The translations under genes were made by a program, and so were the position numbers. A DNA stretch of 48,488 bases from Octopus bimaculoides (lineage: Eukaryota), in assembly GCF_001194135.2 (NCBI RefSeq), contig NC_068988.1:1332284-1380771 (forward strand), given 5' to 3'. Under the pieces are notes generated by a model, which had not been told where the DNA came from, ran no database searches, and worked only from the letters and a program-made list of their open reading frames with translations. Shown one piece after another: positions 35,701-47,280 of this stretch (position 1 is its first letter; each line of letters begins with the position of its first letter).

Positions 35701-36709
35701 NNNNNNNNNNNNNNNNNNNNNNNNNNNNNNNNNNNNNNNNNNNNNNNNNNNNNNNNNNNNNNNNNNNNNNNNNNNNNNNNNNNNNNNNNNNNNNNNNNNN
35801 NNNNNNNNNNNNNNNNNNNNNNNNNNNNNNNNNNNNNNNNNNNNNNNNNNNNNNNNNNNNNNNNNNNNNNNNNNNNNNNNNNNNNNNNNNNNNNNNNNNN
35901 NNNNNNNNNNNNNNNNNNNNNNNNNNNNNNNNNNNNNNNNNNNNNNNNNNNNNNNNNNNNNNNNNNNNNNNNNNNNNNNNNNNNNNNNNNNNNNNNNNNN
36001 NNNNNNNNNNNNNNNNNNNNNNNNNNNNNNNNNNNNNNNNNNNNNNNNNNNNNNNNNNNNNNNNNNNNNNNNNNNNNNNNNNNNNNNNNNNNNNNNNNNN
36101 NNNNNNNNNNNNNNNNNNNNNNNNNNNNNNNNNNNNNNNNNNNNNNNNNNNNNNNNNNNNNNNNNNNNNNNNNNNNNNNNNNNNNNNNNNNNNNNNNNNN
36201 NNNNNNNNNNNNNNNNNNNNNNNNNNNNNNNNNNNNNNNNNNNNNNNNNNNNNNNNNNNNNNNNNNNNNNNNNNNNNNNNNNNNNNNNNNNNNNNNNNNN
36301 NNNNNNNNNNNNNNNNNNNNNNNNNNNNNNNNNNNNNNNNNNNNNNNNNNNNNNNNNNNNNNNTGTACACACACACACACACACACACTTATAAAATTGT
36401 AATGTGTTGGTGAGCTATCTTTGAGTAAGAAGCAGGAAGATGAGGCTTGATGTGAGGTGGATCTCCTGGCATTCTCTCTTACTGTCTGCATTATGTAAGG
36501 TGTCACTCAGATAACTTTCCTTTCTGCTGAGAGACAACCTTGTCCTTTAAGGCTCCGTTGTACCCACCAGACAGCATTGGAATCAATGCTAAAAACTCCA
36601 GTGAAACTTGAAGAAACAAGGTTTTCCTACATTACTTTCCTTACCATCTGCACCGTTTTAACTACAGCCATATGAACCTAATAAACTACAGTTGTTTTCC
36701 TGTTACAAG

Positions 36710-36768
36710 CTTGCTCCTATTCAGAAAAGAGCATTCTATCTTCTGCTGTTTGATAATAATTGGTCTTT
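36710..36768 (+). CDS. Weak candidate exon LAPIQKRAFYLLLFDNNWS(L), phase 0 to 2
   Basis: AAG acceptor and TTT|GTAACA donor are both weak; chosen because it links the phases of 28541-28636 and 40198-40279. Confidence 0.15.
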
Positions 36769-36970
36769 GTAACAAACAAAGAATTGCAGAATTATACTGC
36801 AATGACCTTTCTATATTTCTTTTGTTCAATTTTTGACGTTGATTATAACAATATTTTTTCCAATGTTAAAGCAGATCACTTTATTTTGCTTTAAGTTTAA
36901 CATTGTTAGATGTTGAGTGAAAAAACTTGTTTAATGTTTACTAGCTTCACTAGAAATTTGAGATTCAGAT

Positions 36971-37345
36971 TCTTTTATTTTTTTCAGCCATTAGACTGTG
37001 GCCATGCTGGGGCACCACCATGAATAAATTTTAGTCAAATGAATTGAACTCAGGAATTTATTTTTTTTAAAACCTGATACTTATTCTGTTCGTCTCTTGC
37101 TGAACTGCTGTGTTATGGGGATGTAAACACACCAACACTGGTTGTCAAGCAGTGGTGGGAAACAAACACAAAGACACACATGTGACAGTTTTCTTTCAGT
37201 TTCCATCTACCAAATCCCCTCACAAGGCTTTGGTCAGCCTGAGGCTATAGTAGAAGACACTTGCTCAAAGTACCATGCAGTGGGACAGAACTTGCAACCA
37301 TGTGGTTGAGAAGCAAACTTCTTACCACATAGCCATGCTTGTGCC
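36971..37345 (-). mobile_element. Family-A SINE, full length
   Basis: Reverse complement of 12606-12990. Confidence 0.8.
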
Positions 37346-37409
37346 TATGTTACCCACCAGTGGTCTCTCACTCTTCAGAAGTTTCAAAAACAATTCTATT
37401 GTCATTTTT

Positions 37410-37670
37410 TTGTGCGGGTGGCACATGAAATGCACCATTTTGAGCGTGGCCGTTGCCAGAACCGCCTGACTGGCCTTCGTGTGGGTGACACGTAAAAGCA
37501 CCAACTACACTCTCTGAGTGGTTGGCATTAGGAAGGGCATCCAGCTGTAGAAACTCTACCAAATCAGATTGGAGCCTGGTGTAGCCATCTGGTTTCACCA
37601 GTCCTCAGTCAAATCGTCCAACCCATGCTAGCATGGAAAGCGGACGTTAAACGACGACGACGACGACTGA
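37410..37670 (+). mobile_element. RTE 3' UTR-type element, young subfamily
   Basis: Near-identical to 1-120; (GAC)n tail. Confidence 0.8.
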
Positions 37671-38632
37671 CATCATCAAAACATTTGTGTCTGGTGTAAG
37701 ATTTTTATATTTCTCTCTTATGAACTTTATCTCATTTTTCTGGTGAGAAGAAGCTTCCTGTTAGATTGCACCGTTCTCTGGCAGGGTTCTCTCTGACCCA
37801 CTTCTGACCCACTTCTGAAGTACCACATGGTTTGATTATGTTTTCCCCCCAGCTCCTGCTGTCACCTCTAACAATCCTCTCCCTCCTATACAGATGTCCC
37901 AGTGTGGCCACACTGTGACTGAAACAAGTAAAAGATAAAAAACAGGAAATTATGTCCGTGGCAGATCTGGAGATGGTTATGTGTCACCGGGAGGGGGGGA
38001 GGAGGAACACAAGGTGTCAGAGCATGTTGTTGTTAACAATTGTTTCTGTTACCTTTTGAGATGTTAAAAGTAATTATGATTAGCTGACAGCTGTCCCTTT
38101 CTGTGGGTGACATTCTATTATGCTTTCATAGTTGGAATAAATCCCTGGGGAGAGAGAGAGAGAGAGGGGCTAAAGAATTTGGCTGGTTGATCCTATTTTC
38201 ATCATTATTTAGCTTTGAATTTTTGCCATCTTCATCAGTCTATGAGGAATTGGTCTTGTAATAAATTGTACTTTTACTTGCTGTCAAAATTGTCTTTGTT
38301 ACAAACACTCACTGGAATGATGTGTGGTATGAGATATTATTTATGTTGATAATTTAGATAAAAGTTTTCGAGTCTATAACGCCAAAACTTTTCAAGATAG
38401 TATTGTGTTGCATGCTTTAAGTTGGTCTGCTATGGTGAAACCAGCTGCAATCTGTCTCTTGAGGAAAATTTCAAAATGAAGTGTTATATTTATGGTTCAT
38501 AAAAATAAAAATTTAATTTATTACAAACAAAGAAATTATTTTAAGAAATATAGTACAAATGTTGCCAAATTTTCTCATTTGGGAAACTTAATGAAATTTT
38601 CAAAGTTTGTCAAAGAATGTCTCATATAACAA

Positions 38633-38666
<34 letters not shown>

Positions 38667-39111
38667 TTTGAAATCTAAAGAGATGTAGATTTTGCATTTA
38701 CTTTTGGCAGTGTGTTGAATTATTGTCATCATCATTTACTGTTCACGTTTTCATGCTTGCATGGGTCAGACAGAATTTGTTAAGCCTGATTTTCTCTGAC
38801 CAGTGCCCTTCAGGTTATCAACTCTCACTAATTTCCAAGCAAGGTAATATTTCCCCTTGGCTAGACATGTTTTTCATGGAAGACTGGACACAAACAATAT
38901 TACTTATATAATAGTGATGCTCATTTAGAAACATCACAAGATGACAAGACAAGAATATACTCAAACACATAGGTATATATATATAATATCTACTGATCCA
39001 TGAAGAAAATTCAGCTAAAAAAAGTCCTCCATCTGGTGAGAGATGAATATTTATTTAAAGGTCACAATGCATGTATTAAAGTGCTATTAATAGTTTCATA
39101 TGTTGAGAGAA

Positions 39112-39153
<42 letters not shown>

Positions 39154-39404
39154 GAGTTTCTTTCAGTTTCTGTCTATCAAATCCACTCACAAAAGTCAGC
39201 CAAGGGCTATAATTGAAGACACCTTGTTTGAGGTGCCATGTAGTGGGACTGAGCCTGGAACCTTGTTGTTGGGAAGCAAGCTTCTTAACCACAATACTGT
39301 GAATATTGCTTTAAATTTGCTGTAGTATTGCTAATATGAACATATATTGGTCGTCCCTAGCTTAACATAGACATTGCTATATGTTGTATATAACCCTACA
39401 TGTT

Positions 39405-39545
39405 CTTTTCTACTCTAGGCACAGGGCCAGAAATTTTTGGGGTGGTGGGGGAAGTCGATTAGATCTACTCCAGTATGCAACTGGTACTTAATTTATCAAC
39501 CCCAAAAGGAAGAAAGGCAAAGTCGACCTCAGCAGAATTTGAATT
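39405..39545 (-). mobile_element. 5'-truncated family-B SINE with 14-bp TSD
   Basis: TAACCCTACATGTT at 39391-39404 and 39546-39559. Confidence 0.8.
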
Positions 39546-39565
39546 TAACCCTACATGTTACTATG

Positions 39566-39876
39566 AAAGCACATGGCTAAGCGGTTGAGATGTTTGACTC
39601 TCAATCTTGAGGTCATGCGTTTCACTCCCAGCAGTACAGTGTACCCTTGAGCAAGATCCTCTGTTTCACATTGCTCTAGTCCACTCAGCAAAAGTTAGTC
39701 ATATCTGTAATTCACAGAGTTACACATTTGGTTTTATCATGCTAAATGTCCCTGAGAACTACATTAAGGGGTAAGCATATCTGTGAAGTACTCAGCCACT
39801 TGCATGTGAATTTCACATCCAGGCTGTTCCTTTGATTAGATCAACTGGAACACTCATTGTCGTAACTGACAGAGTG
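39566..39876 (+). mobile_element. Family-D SINE with 15-bp TSD
   Basis: CTACATGTTACTATG at 39551-39565 and 39877-39891; tRNA-like head and CCTTGAGCAAG core-like segment. Confidence 0.8.
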
Positions 39877-40197
39877 CTACATGTTACTATGTATACTATC
39901 TATGTAGCCGTACATGTTACTATAGAATTTAGTAAGTAAATTAATACAACAAATAAAAAAAATCATAATTTCATTCATTATATTTTTCCTGAAATTCTCA
40001 AATATGAAAGCCTCTAAAATATGGAATTTTCTTCAAGTGAGGAGCATCAAAAAGGGAAAATTCCTGAAAGCACTGAGAAACTTCCCTGAAAATATATTCC
40101 AAGTTAAATGAATTTTTGCCTGTTTAAGATGTTTTAAATCATTTCATATTGATATTTAAAATTTGCTATGTTTTTGTATGTTTTGGTACATTTCCAG

Positions 40198-40279
40198 ACA
40201 ATTTTGGTTCTATCACAAAATATATTTTGGCAGCCCTGAAGTGGATAAGCGCCAAATTTATATAAAAACTTCCTTCACG
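40198..40279 (+). CDS. Possible internal exon QFWFYHKIYFGSPEVDKRQIYIKTSFT, phase 2 to 0
   Basis: Acceptor TTTTGGTACATTTCCAG, donor ACG|GTATAC, open frame; joins in phase to 42544 giving FTCGSC. Confidence 0.35.
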
Positions 40280-41310
40280 GTATACATGTAAACTGTATTA
40301 TAAAACATAGAAATGGAGAACAGGTATTTATGTTTGGGTTCCATCCCCAGGTTGTTCCATTTTATAAAGGCTAATCTATGTTCATTCTGAAATCCCCAAA
40401 GAACCCAATATATGAAACACTTCTAGTCCTTACCATTCATGACAAAAGATTCTTCTTAATTTGGCATTGTGAAGCATGTTTATATGTCTCCATAACTGTT
40501 ACATTTATCTATCCGTCCAGCTATCTTTCTTTATTTTTCCCCCTTTCTTTTTTCCTTTCCTTTATTCTTTTCTTCCTTTCCCTGTCTGTCTGTCTGTCTA
40601 TGTTTTGAAGCCATATTCACGACAGCATACAACACAATTCAAATGCCTGGAACACAAATTCCATTTCTGTTCAGTAGTTATTTCACTCACATCTATTTGG
40701 TCCTTCTATTCCTGTACTCTACTAATTGTACTTAGATCTATGGTTTCTGTACTTGAGTTATTGAATTGATATGTAATTTGTACTGTTTCTTGACTGAATT
40801 TAAAAAGAAAATTACTTTAGTCTGTGTGAAGGACTGTGCCCACATTCCTTTGCAGGCCCACCTGTGAGTACCTGGTGGTTAATGTTGTCTTAAAATAGTT
40901 GCAAATGGCTGCCATCTTGGGGAAGAAGGGTTTGGCAAAGTGTCCAGTGTAAAGTGTAGGTGGTAAACCCAATATAAGTGATAAGTGGAGGGATGAGTGA
41001 ATTTGGAATGTTTTAGTGTTGGTAGCACAAGGACAGTAAACTGTGGGAAGCAGAGGCGACAGTAGTAGTGGTGGTAGAAAAGCAGTGTGAGGACAGCGTA
41101 TCTGTGAGACAAGTTCTTCTGGATGCAGTTTACTGTCCTCACGTGTGGACAGTCTAACTGGTTCTGTACTCTAATCTCTTATCTTCATATATTGTATTTC
41201 TTAGTAAAACGAACTCTGTCATACTGTTTCTTTACTGACATCTACTCAACTCTACTGATTCTGTATGCTACCCTACTATTTACATACTGTTTCTTTTTTT
41301 TTTTTTTTTT

Positions 41311-41424
41311 ACAGTTCTATATTTAAGAGATGAGAAATTATTTACATTATTTACATTTGATGGATATTTGTCCTCACCTTGTTTGTTGTTAACACAATGT
41401 TTCGGCTGATGTACTCTCCAGCCC
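41311..41424 (-). mobile_element. Inverted partial copy of the hammerhead-SINE 3' tail (copy B')
   Basis: Reverse complement of the tail from stem II outward, directly abutting the head of copy B. Confidence 0.8.
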
Positions 41425-41497
41425 ACAGGCATATGGTATAGTGGTTAAGAGCGCTGGCTACTAACCCCAAGATTCCAAGTTCAATTCCAGGTTGTGA

Positions 41498-41532
<35 letters not shown>

Positions 41533-41655
41533 GCATCGAAAAATACCTTAGGAATGAGAATCCAGGTTCAAAATTTCCCCAAGACACTTGATGAAGGCTG
41601 GAGGGTATATCAGCCGAAACATTGTGTTAACAACAAACAAGATGAGGACAAATAT
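41425..41655 (+). mobile_element. tRNA-headed SINE with hammerhead-ribozyme-like tail (copy B)
   Basis: TGGTATAGTGGTTAAGAGCGC (A-box), AAGTTCAATTCC (B-box), (AAT)n, GACAC-TTGATGA-A-GGCTG-GAGGGTATAT-CAGCC-GAAACATT-GTGTT. Confidence 0.85.
41583..41628 (+). ncRNA. Degenerate minimal type I hammerhead ribozyme motif
   Basis: Stem I GACAC/GTGTT, perfect stem II GGCTG/CAGCC, GAAA intact; C3 changed to U and stem III ACGU changed to ACAU. Confidence 0.6.
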
Positions 41656-41659
41656 TAGT

Positions 41660-41769
41660 TTTTTGACCCCAAAAGGATGAAAGGCAAAGTTGACCTCAGA
41701 AAGTAAAGACGCACAAAATGCCACAAAGCATTTTGCCTGGTGTGCAAACGATTCTGCCAGCTCACCGCC

Positions 41770-41808
<39 letters not shown>

Positions 41809-42032
41809 TTAATAAAAATGGTTTCTGATTTAAGTACATGGCCTGCAATTCTTAGGTGAGGGGTTTAGTTGATACCACGGTCCTCAGTATTTGACTGGTA
41901 CTATATTCTTTTGATCCTGAAGGGATGAAAGGCAAAGTTGTCTTTGGTGGGATTTGAACTTGCTACATGAAGCACTAGAAAAAAGTACGATGAAGCAGTT
42001 AGACACAATCAATTCTACCAGCTTGCCACCTT
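41660..42032 (-). mobile_element. Tandem family-B SINE copies and fragments
   Basis: 41660-41771, 41818-41960 and a head remnant near 41990-42032, separated by (AAT)n. Confidence 0.65.
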
Positions 42033-42543
42033 TTGTACATCAAAGAATAAAATAAAGTAAAATGAAATTTGTGCAGCATGCTGTAATTACCATGCTGTGA
42101 TTTCTGAAATAGGTAAAACTTCAAAGAATCTGATAAGTTCCAGAAAACATACATTATGACACGTGTAGTTTCGTTTCTATGACAGTGTCTCCCTCTGAGA
42201 GGTTTTAATTTTATTTTGAATGAATTACAAAATCCTTTGTTGGGATTCAAGGAATTGTGTTTTGAGTTGACAGAAACTATAAGAGCAATAACTCTGGCAG
42301 AAGTTTAGGAATCACTGATTGAATTAGCAGACATTGACGGCAGCTCTTTGAATTCCTTCTCCTTTTAAACTTATCTGAAGTATTTCCAATATTCTTACCT
42401 GAAGTGGTTTCCATACTTTCTGAGATAAAATGTTGGCTTTTATAAACGAGATATTTTCCCTTTCATCAGTGAAAAGCTAAGAAACCATTCTTTGGAAGAT
42501 ATTTTGGTTTATCTTTATACTAAATAAAGATTTCATTTCGCAG

Positions 42544-42669
42544 TGTGGTTCTTGCAAAGATAACAATCAAAAGCCCTTCGTTGGTATTGATTTATTGATA
42601 CAGTATAGAATTGAAGCCTGGTCGCACATCACGGAAGATAGGAAAAGATATTTTGTTTCTTCTGTTTAT
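42544..42669 (+). CDS. Possible internal exon CGSCKDNNQKPFVGIDLLIQYRIEAWSHITEDRKRYFVSSVY, phase 0 to 0
   Basis: Acceptor TTTCATTTCGCAG, donor TAT|GTAAGG, 42 stop-free codons exactly between the sites, CpG retained. Confidence 0.45.
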
Positions 42670-43399
42670 GTAAGGAGAAATGGTAATATGATATATCTAT
42701 ATGAAAATGTTGGACCAAATTCTAGTGTCTTGAACTGAGCTAGAATCTGGGAAACTTTGAATCAAAGACTGGAAATTGATTTTAAAGTATGAGAGATGTG
42801 TAAAACATGAGGAAAACAACACCCCTGGGACATAATAAAGAAGTGATTATATAAACTCAGTTATTTGTGGTTGTTTTTATTTTATTTTAGTAGTATGGAG
42901 AGAATTATATATTGAAACTGTTGTTTGTGCTGGTGGTGTGGAGAAGGGGTGAATATCAAGCTGTGAGGTCACCTCCCACCACGTAGTGGAGGGCTAAAAA
43001 TCTGCTGTGAGGCAGGGCTGGATTAGGACCCATGGAGGACCTAAGCACTTGGTGCCCCACTATTTATGTAATTCAAAACAATAATAAACCATAAAATAAA
43101 TTTTTGTTTTTTTTCAAAATGAAACAAAATGAACAGAAAGATGGAAAATAATATTTATTTTTGTATAATTCCATTTTATTTATATTTGAAAAGTTTTCCC
43201 CTACTTCTTTTTAATTGCAAAGTTTTTGATCAGATCTTCACTAAGATTCCATGAACATTTTGAAATTACATTTCTGATCATATAAACCATTTCAAATATT
43301 ATTTTAGTGAGTTCAAAGTGATTTTTTTGTGCCTTAAACCATTTACCATCTCTGTGGTGCCTTCCTATTCCCTTGATACCCTAAGCATGTTCTTATTTT

Positions 43400-43600
43400 G
43401 CTGAATGGTTAATCTAATGCTGCCGTCACTCACCAACGAATGGCAATCTTGGCAAATTTCCATCATCCATATCGAGCTATGGGCCATGGCATCGATTCTT
43501 GTGGCCTGCATCTGACAATAGACAGGAGGGTTGCTGTGAGGGGGTGGCCTAGTCGCATAGCTATACAGTGCTTGTAACACTGGGATCAATACATCTTTTC
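43400..43600 (-). mobile_element. Possible decayed reverse-transcriptase fragment
   Basis: Across frameshifts: VLQALYSYAT, RLGHPLTATLLSIV (QG.PLSP.LF-like) and IA.MDDGNL (Y.DD-like) in the expected order. Confidence 0.3.
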
Positions 43601-43774
43601 ATTTGTATGTAAAAGCTGCCTGAACCACAACTGCTTTGGGGCAGGGGGCAGGGCTTTACTATTATAAGTACTTGCATCAAGGTTTTAGTCTGAAGATACC
43701 CCATGATTTGTGATTTCTGATCCACTGCCTTCCTTCCTTCCACCATTCTTAGAAGCCTTATAAAACATCATCAT

Positions 43775-44072
43775 CATCATCATCAAGCCAGGAGGCTGCA
43801 CTAGGTCCCAATCTGATCTGGCAAAGTTTCTACAGCTGGATGCCCTTCCTAACACCAACCACTCCGAGAGTTTAGTGGGTGCTTTTTACATGCCACCAAC
43901 ACAGGAGCCAGTTAAGCGGGCCTGGCATTGATCATGTTCAGATAGTGCTTTTTATGTGCCAATGGCACGGGAGCCAGTCAGGGGTTGCCTGGCATCGATC
44001 ACGTTTGGATAGTGTTTTTTTATGTGCCACCATCACGGGAGCCAGTCAGGCAGCCCTGGCATTGATCACATG
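43775..44072 (-). mobile_element. RTE 3' UTR-type element carrying three ~66-bp tandem units
   Basis: Units start at 43879, 43945 and 44012 (GTGCTTTTTATGTGCCA...GGAGCCAGTCAGG...CCTGGCATTGATCA). Confidence 0.75.
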
Positions 44073-44949
44073 GTAATATGTACAACTCAATTTTGTCAAC
44101 AGAGTGGACTGGAGCACTGGGAAATAGTGTCCTACTCAAAGACACAACCCACTTCTGGGAATCGAACTCATGGCTTTATGATTGTGAGCCAAACACCCTA
44201 ACCACTCAGCCATGCACCTTCACAGTTGCGGGATAAGTGATTGAGTGGAAGAAGATTCTGGTTGGAAGCATGGTGCTTTTGCCATTAAATTCCAGCCATC
44301 TTCGTAGTGATAGTTTCTCAGTGTCTGCTATATTTGAGGCGATTTCCTGAGAAATTCTGAAGCAGGCATGGCAGCTGTGTGATTCATGAAGCTCACTTTG
44401 AAGCCAGTTGCTTTCGGGTACACACACACACACCCGTACACATACACAATACACACGTAACACACATGTAACACATATGCGCACACACGTAATACACACA
44501 CACACACACACGCACGCATAACGCACACGTTTGTTTTTGTGCCATTCACTGCCAGTCTTTTGAGAAAACATTTCCAACCACAGGAAAATATCATCTTGGA
44601 AAATGGTGAGGATTGGTAACAGGAAAGGCATCCAGCTGAAGAAAATCTGCTTCAGTAAATTTCATCCAATCCCATGCAAGCATGAAAAAAAAAAAATGCT
44701 AAAACAATGATGATGGTGATGATGGTGAAAAGAGATTGAGTTTGTCATTAAAATTGTAAGGTTCAACTTTACATTGCTAAAGTGCATTTGTTGTAATTTG
44801 TTACGTATGTAAAAGTAGGTATTGCTCTGTGGTTATGAAGCTTGCTTCCGAACCACGTGGTCCTGGGTTCAGTTCCACTGCACTACATCTTGGACAGGTG
44901 TCTTCTACTATAGCCTCAGACCGACCAAAGCTTTGTGAGTGAGCCTAGT

Positions 44950-45240
44950 ACTTATTCTCTCGGTCTCCTTTGTTGAACTGCTAAGTTATGAGGACGTAAA
45001 CACACCAACATTGGTTGTCAAGCGATGGTGGGGGGACAAACACACACACAAATATATATATACACATACATACATGATGGGCTTCTTTCAGTTTTCGCCT
45101 GCCAAATCCACTCACAGGGTTTTGGTTGATCCAAGGCTATAGTAGAAGACACTTGCCCAAGGTGCTCCACAGTGGGACTGAACCCGGAACCATGTGGCTG
45201 GGGAAAAAAGCTTCTTAGCAGACAGCCACTCCTGCACCTC
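44950..45240 (-). mobile_element. Family-A SINE (a partial + copy lies at 44815-44945)
   Basis: Reverse complement of the family-A head, core and spacer. Confidence 0.75.
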
Positions 45241-45941
45241 AAGTGTTGGACACTGAGTTTGATGGACTTACTTTACCGAACATGACTAATGTCACCACAT
45301 GCTAATTTCTACAAACAACTGATCTGTCACAAATATTGGTAAAGAAGACAAAGCTAAGTCTGAAGTATGTAGATTTCCTTGAATTATTGGTAACACGAGA
45401 CCATTCCATCCCGGCTGTTTTGCTGCTTCCTTCTTTAGCCTTTATTTCCTCTAAGTATTAATTATTTTGACAGAATATTGAATAACCAATCTTTTTATAG
45501 TGGGTACATGGCAGAGAGATTTGGCAGGACTGTTACCATTTCCTGCCATTTTAGAAAATAATGTTAACATTTTACATTATAGTTCTTTGACGGAATATTT
45601 CCTTTCCACCATATTTTCCTTTTTTTTTTATTCTATATTTTCATATTTTTTCTTTCTTCTTTGCATTTATTTTGTTTCCTTTTTATTGTCCTATTTTAGG
45701 TCTTTTAGTTATTCCTGGAATAGTTTTCTTCATTTAAGTGTGAGTTTACACTCTATTATTTTTGGTTCTGCTGTTTTCCATTCCTTGTGTCATATGTTGA
45801 GACAGTATTTTCTTCCTTTTTACCATTTATTGGTATTATTAATGAAACCATGGGGAGAACGAAATTACTTTTGAGACTGCACATACGTCATTGCTGAGGG
45901 TATATACGATACTATTAATCATGTTTCACACACACACACAC

Positions 45942-45980
<39 letters not shown>

Positions 45981-46185
45981 GTTATCATCATCATCATCAT
46001 TTAACATCTGTTTTTTCTATGTTGGCATGAGTTGGATGGTTCGACAGAGGCTTGCAACCAGGGCACTGCATTGTGCTCCACTGTCAGCTTTGACATGGCT
46101 TCTCTGGTTGGATGACCTTCCTAATGCCATCCACTTGATGGTGTACTGGGTGCTTTTTTTATGTGGCACCAACGTCTGTGTGTGA

Positions 46186-46469
46186 AGGCACATGGCAGAG
46201 TGGTTAGGATGCTGCAGTCATGGTCTAACGATCATGGATTCCTGGACTGTGTAGTACATTGTATCCTTGTGCAAAACTCTTAATTTCATGCTGCTCCAGT
46301 CCACTCAGCTGTAAGTGGGTGCACCCTGTGACAAAGTAGCTTTCTGGTCAGGTGGGGATGTTGGCCTGCTTGCCTTGCCAGTCGGGTGGCATCATTCAAA
46401 AGGTGAAACAGTGTAAAGTGCATTGTGACCAGTGATGTATGACAACATCCTATAGTCTGGTCAATACCA

Positions 46470-46472
<3 letters not shown>
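46186..46472 (+). mobile_element. tRNA/CORE-like SINE related to family D
   Basis: GCACATGGCAGAGTGGTTAGG head, CCTTGTGCAAAAC...GTCCACTCAGCTGTAAG segment shared with 39566-39876. Confidence 0.55.
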
Positions 46473-46520
<48 letters not shown>

Positions 46521-47117
46521 NNNNNNNNNNNNNNNNNNNNNNNNNNNNNNNNNNNNNNNNNNNNNNNNNNNNNNNNNNNNNNNNNNNNNNNNNNNNNNNN
46601 NNNNNNNNNNNNNNNNNNNNNNNNNNNNNNNNNNNNNNNNNNNNNNNNNNNNNNNNNNNNNNNNNNNNNNNNNNNNNNNNNNNNNNNNNNNNNNNNNNNN
46701 NNNNNNNNNNNNNNNNNNNNNNNNNNNNNNNNNNNNNNNNNNNNNNNNNNNNNNNNNNNNNNNNNNNNNNNNNNNNNNNNNNNNNNNNNNNNNNNNNNNN
46801 NNNNNNNNNNNNNNNNNNNNNNNNNNNNNNNNNNNNNNNNNNNNNNNNNNNNNNNNNNNNNNNNNNNNNNNNNNNNNNNNNNNNNNNNNNNNNNNNNNNN
46901 NNNNNNNNNNNNNNNNNNNNNNNNNNNNNNNNNNNNNNNNNNNNNNNNNNNNNNNNNNNNNNNNNNNNNNNNNNNNNNNNNNNNNNNNNNNNNNNNNNNN
47001 NNNNNNNNNNNNNNNNNNNNNNNNNNNNNNNNNNNNNNNNNNNNNNNNNNNNNNNNNNNNNNTGGCAACTGACGTTGGTGTGTTCACTTCCCCGTAACTT
47101 AGCGACTGAATAGGACT

Positions 47118-47280
47118 CATCATCATCATCATCATCATCGTTTAACGTCCGCTTTCCATGCTAGCATGGGTTGGACGATTTGACTGAGGACTGGTGAAAC
47201 CGGATGGCAACACCAGGCTCCAGTCTGATTTGGCAGAGTTTCTACAGCTGGATGCCCTTCCTAACGCCAACCACTCAGAG
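47118..47280 (-). mobile_element. 163-bp 5'-truncated RTE tail nested in a family-A SINE
   Basis: Flanking duplication AGGACT at 47112-47117 and 47281-47286; the host SINE resumes in register. Confidence 0.8.

Noticed and set aside
42399-43511. Two minus-strand phase-0 exon candidates (43434-43511, 42399-42476)
   Set aside because: The first overlaps a likely RT relic and the second has a weak acceptor; they show how easily false exons appear, so plus-strand exon confidences are kept low
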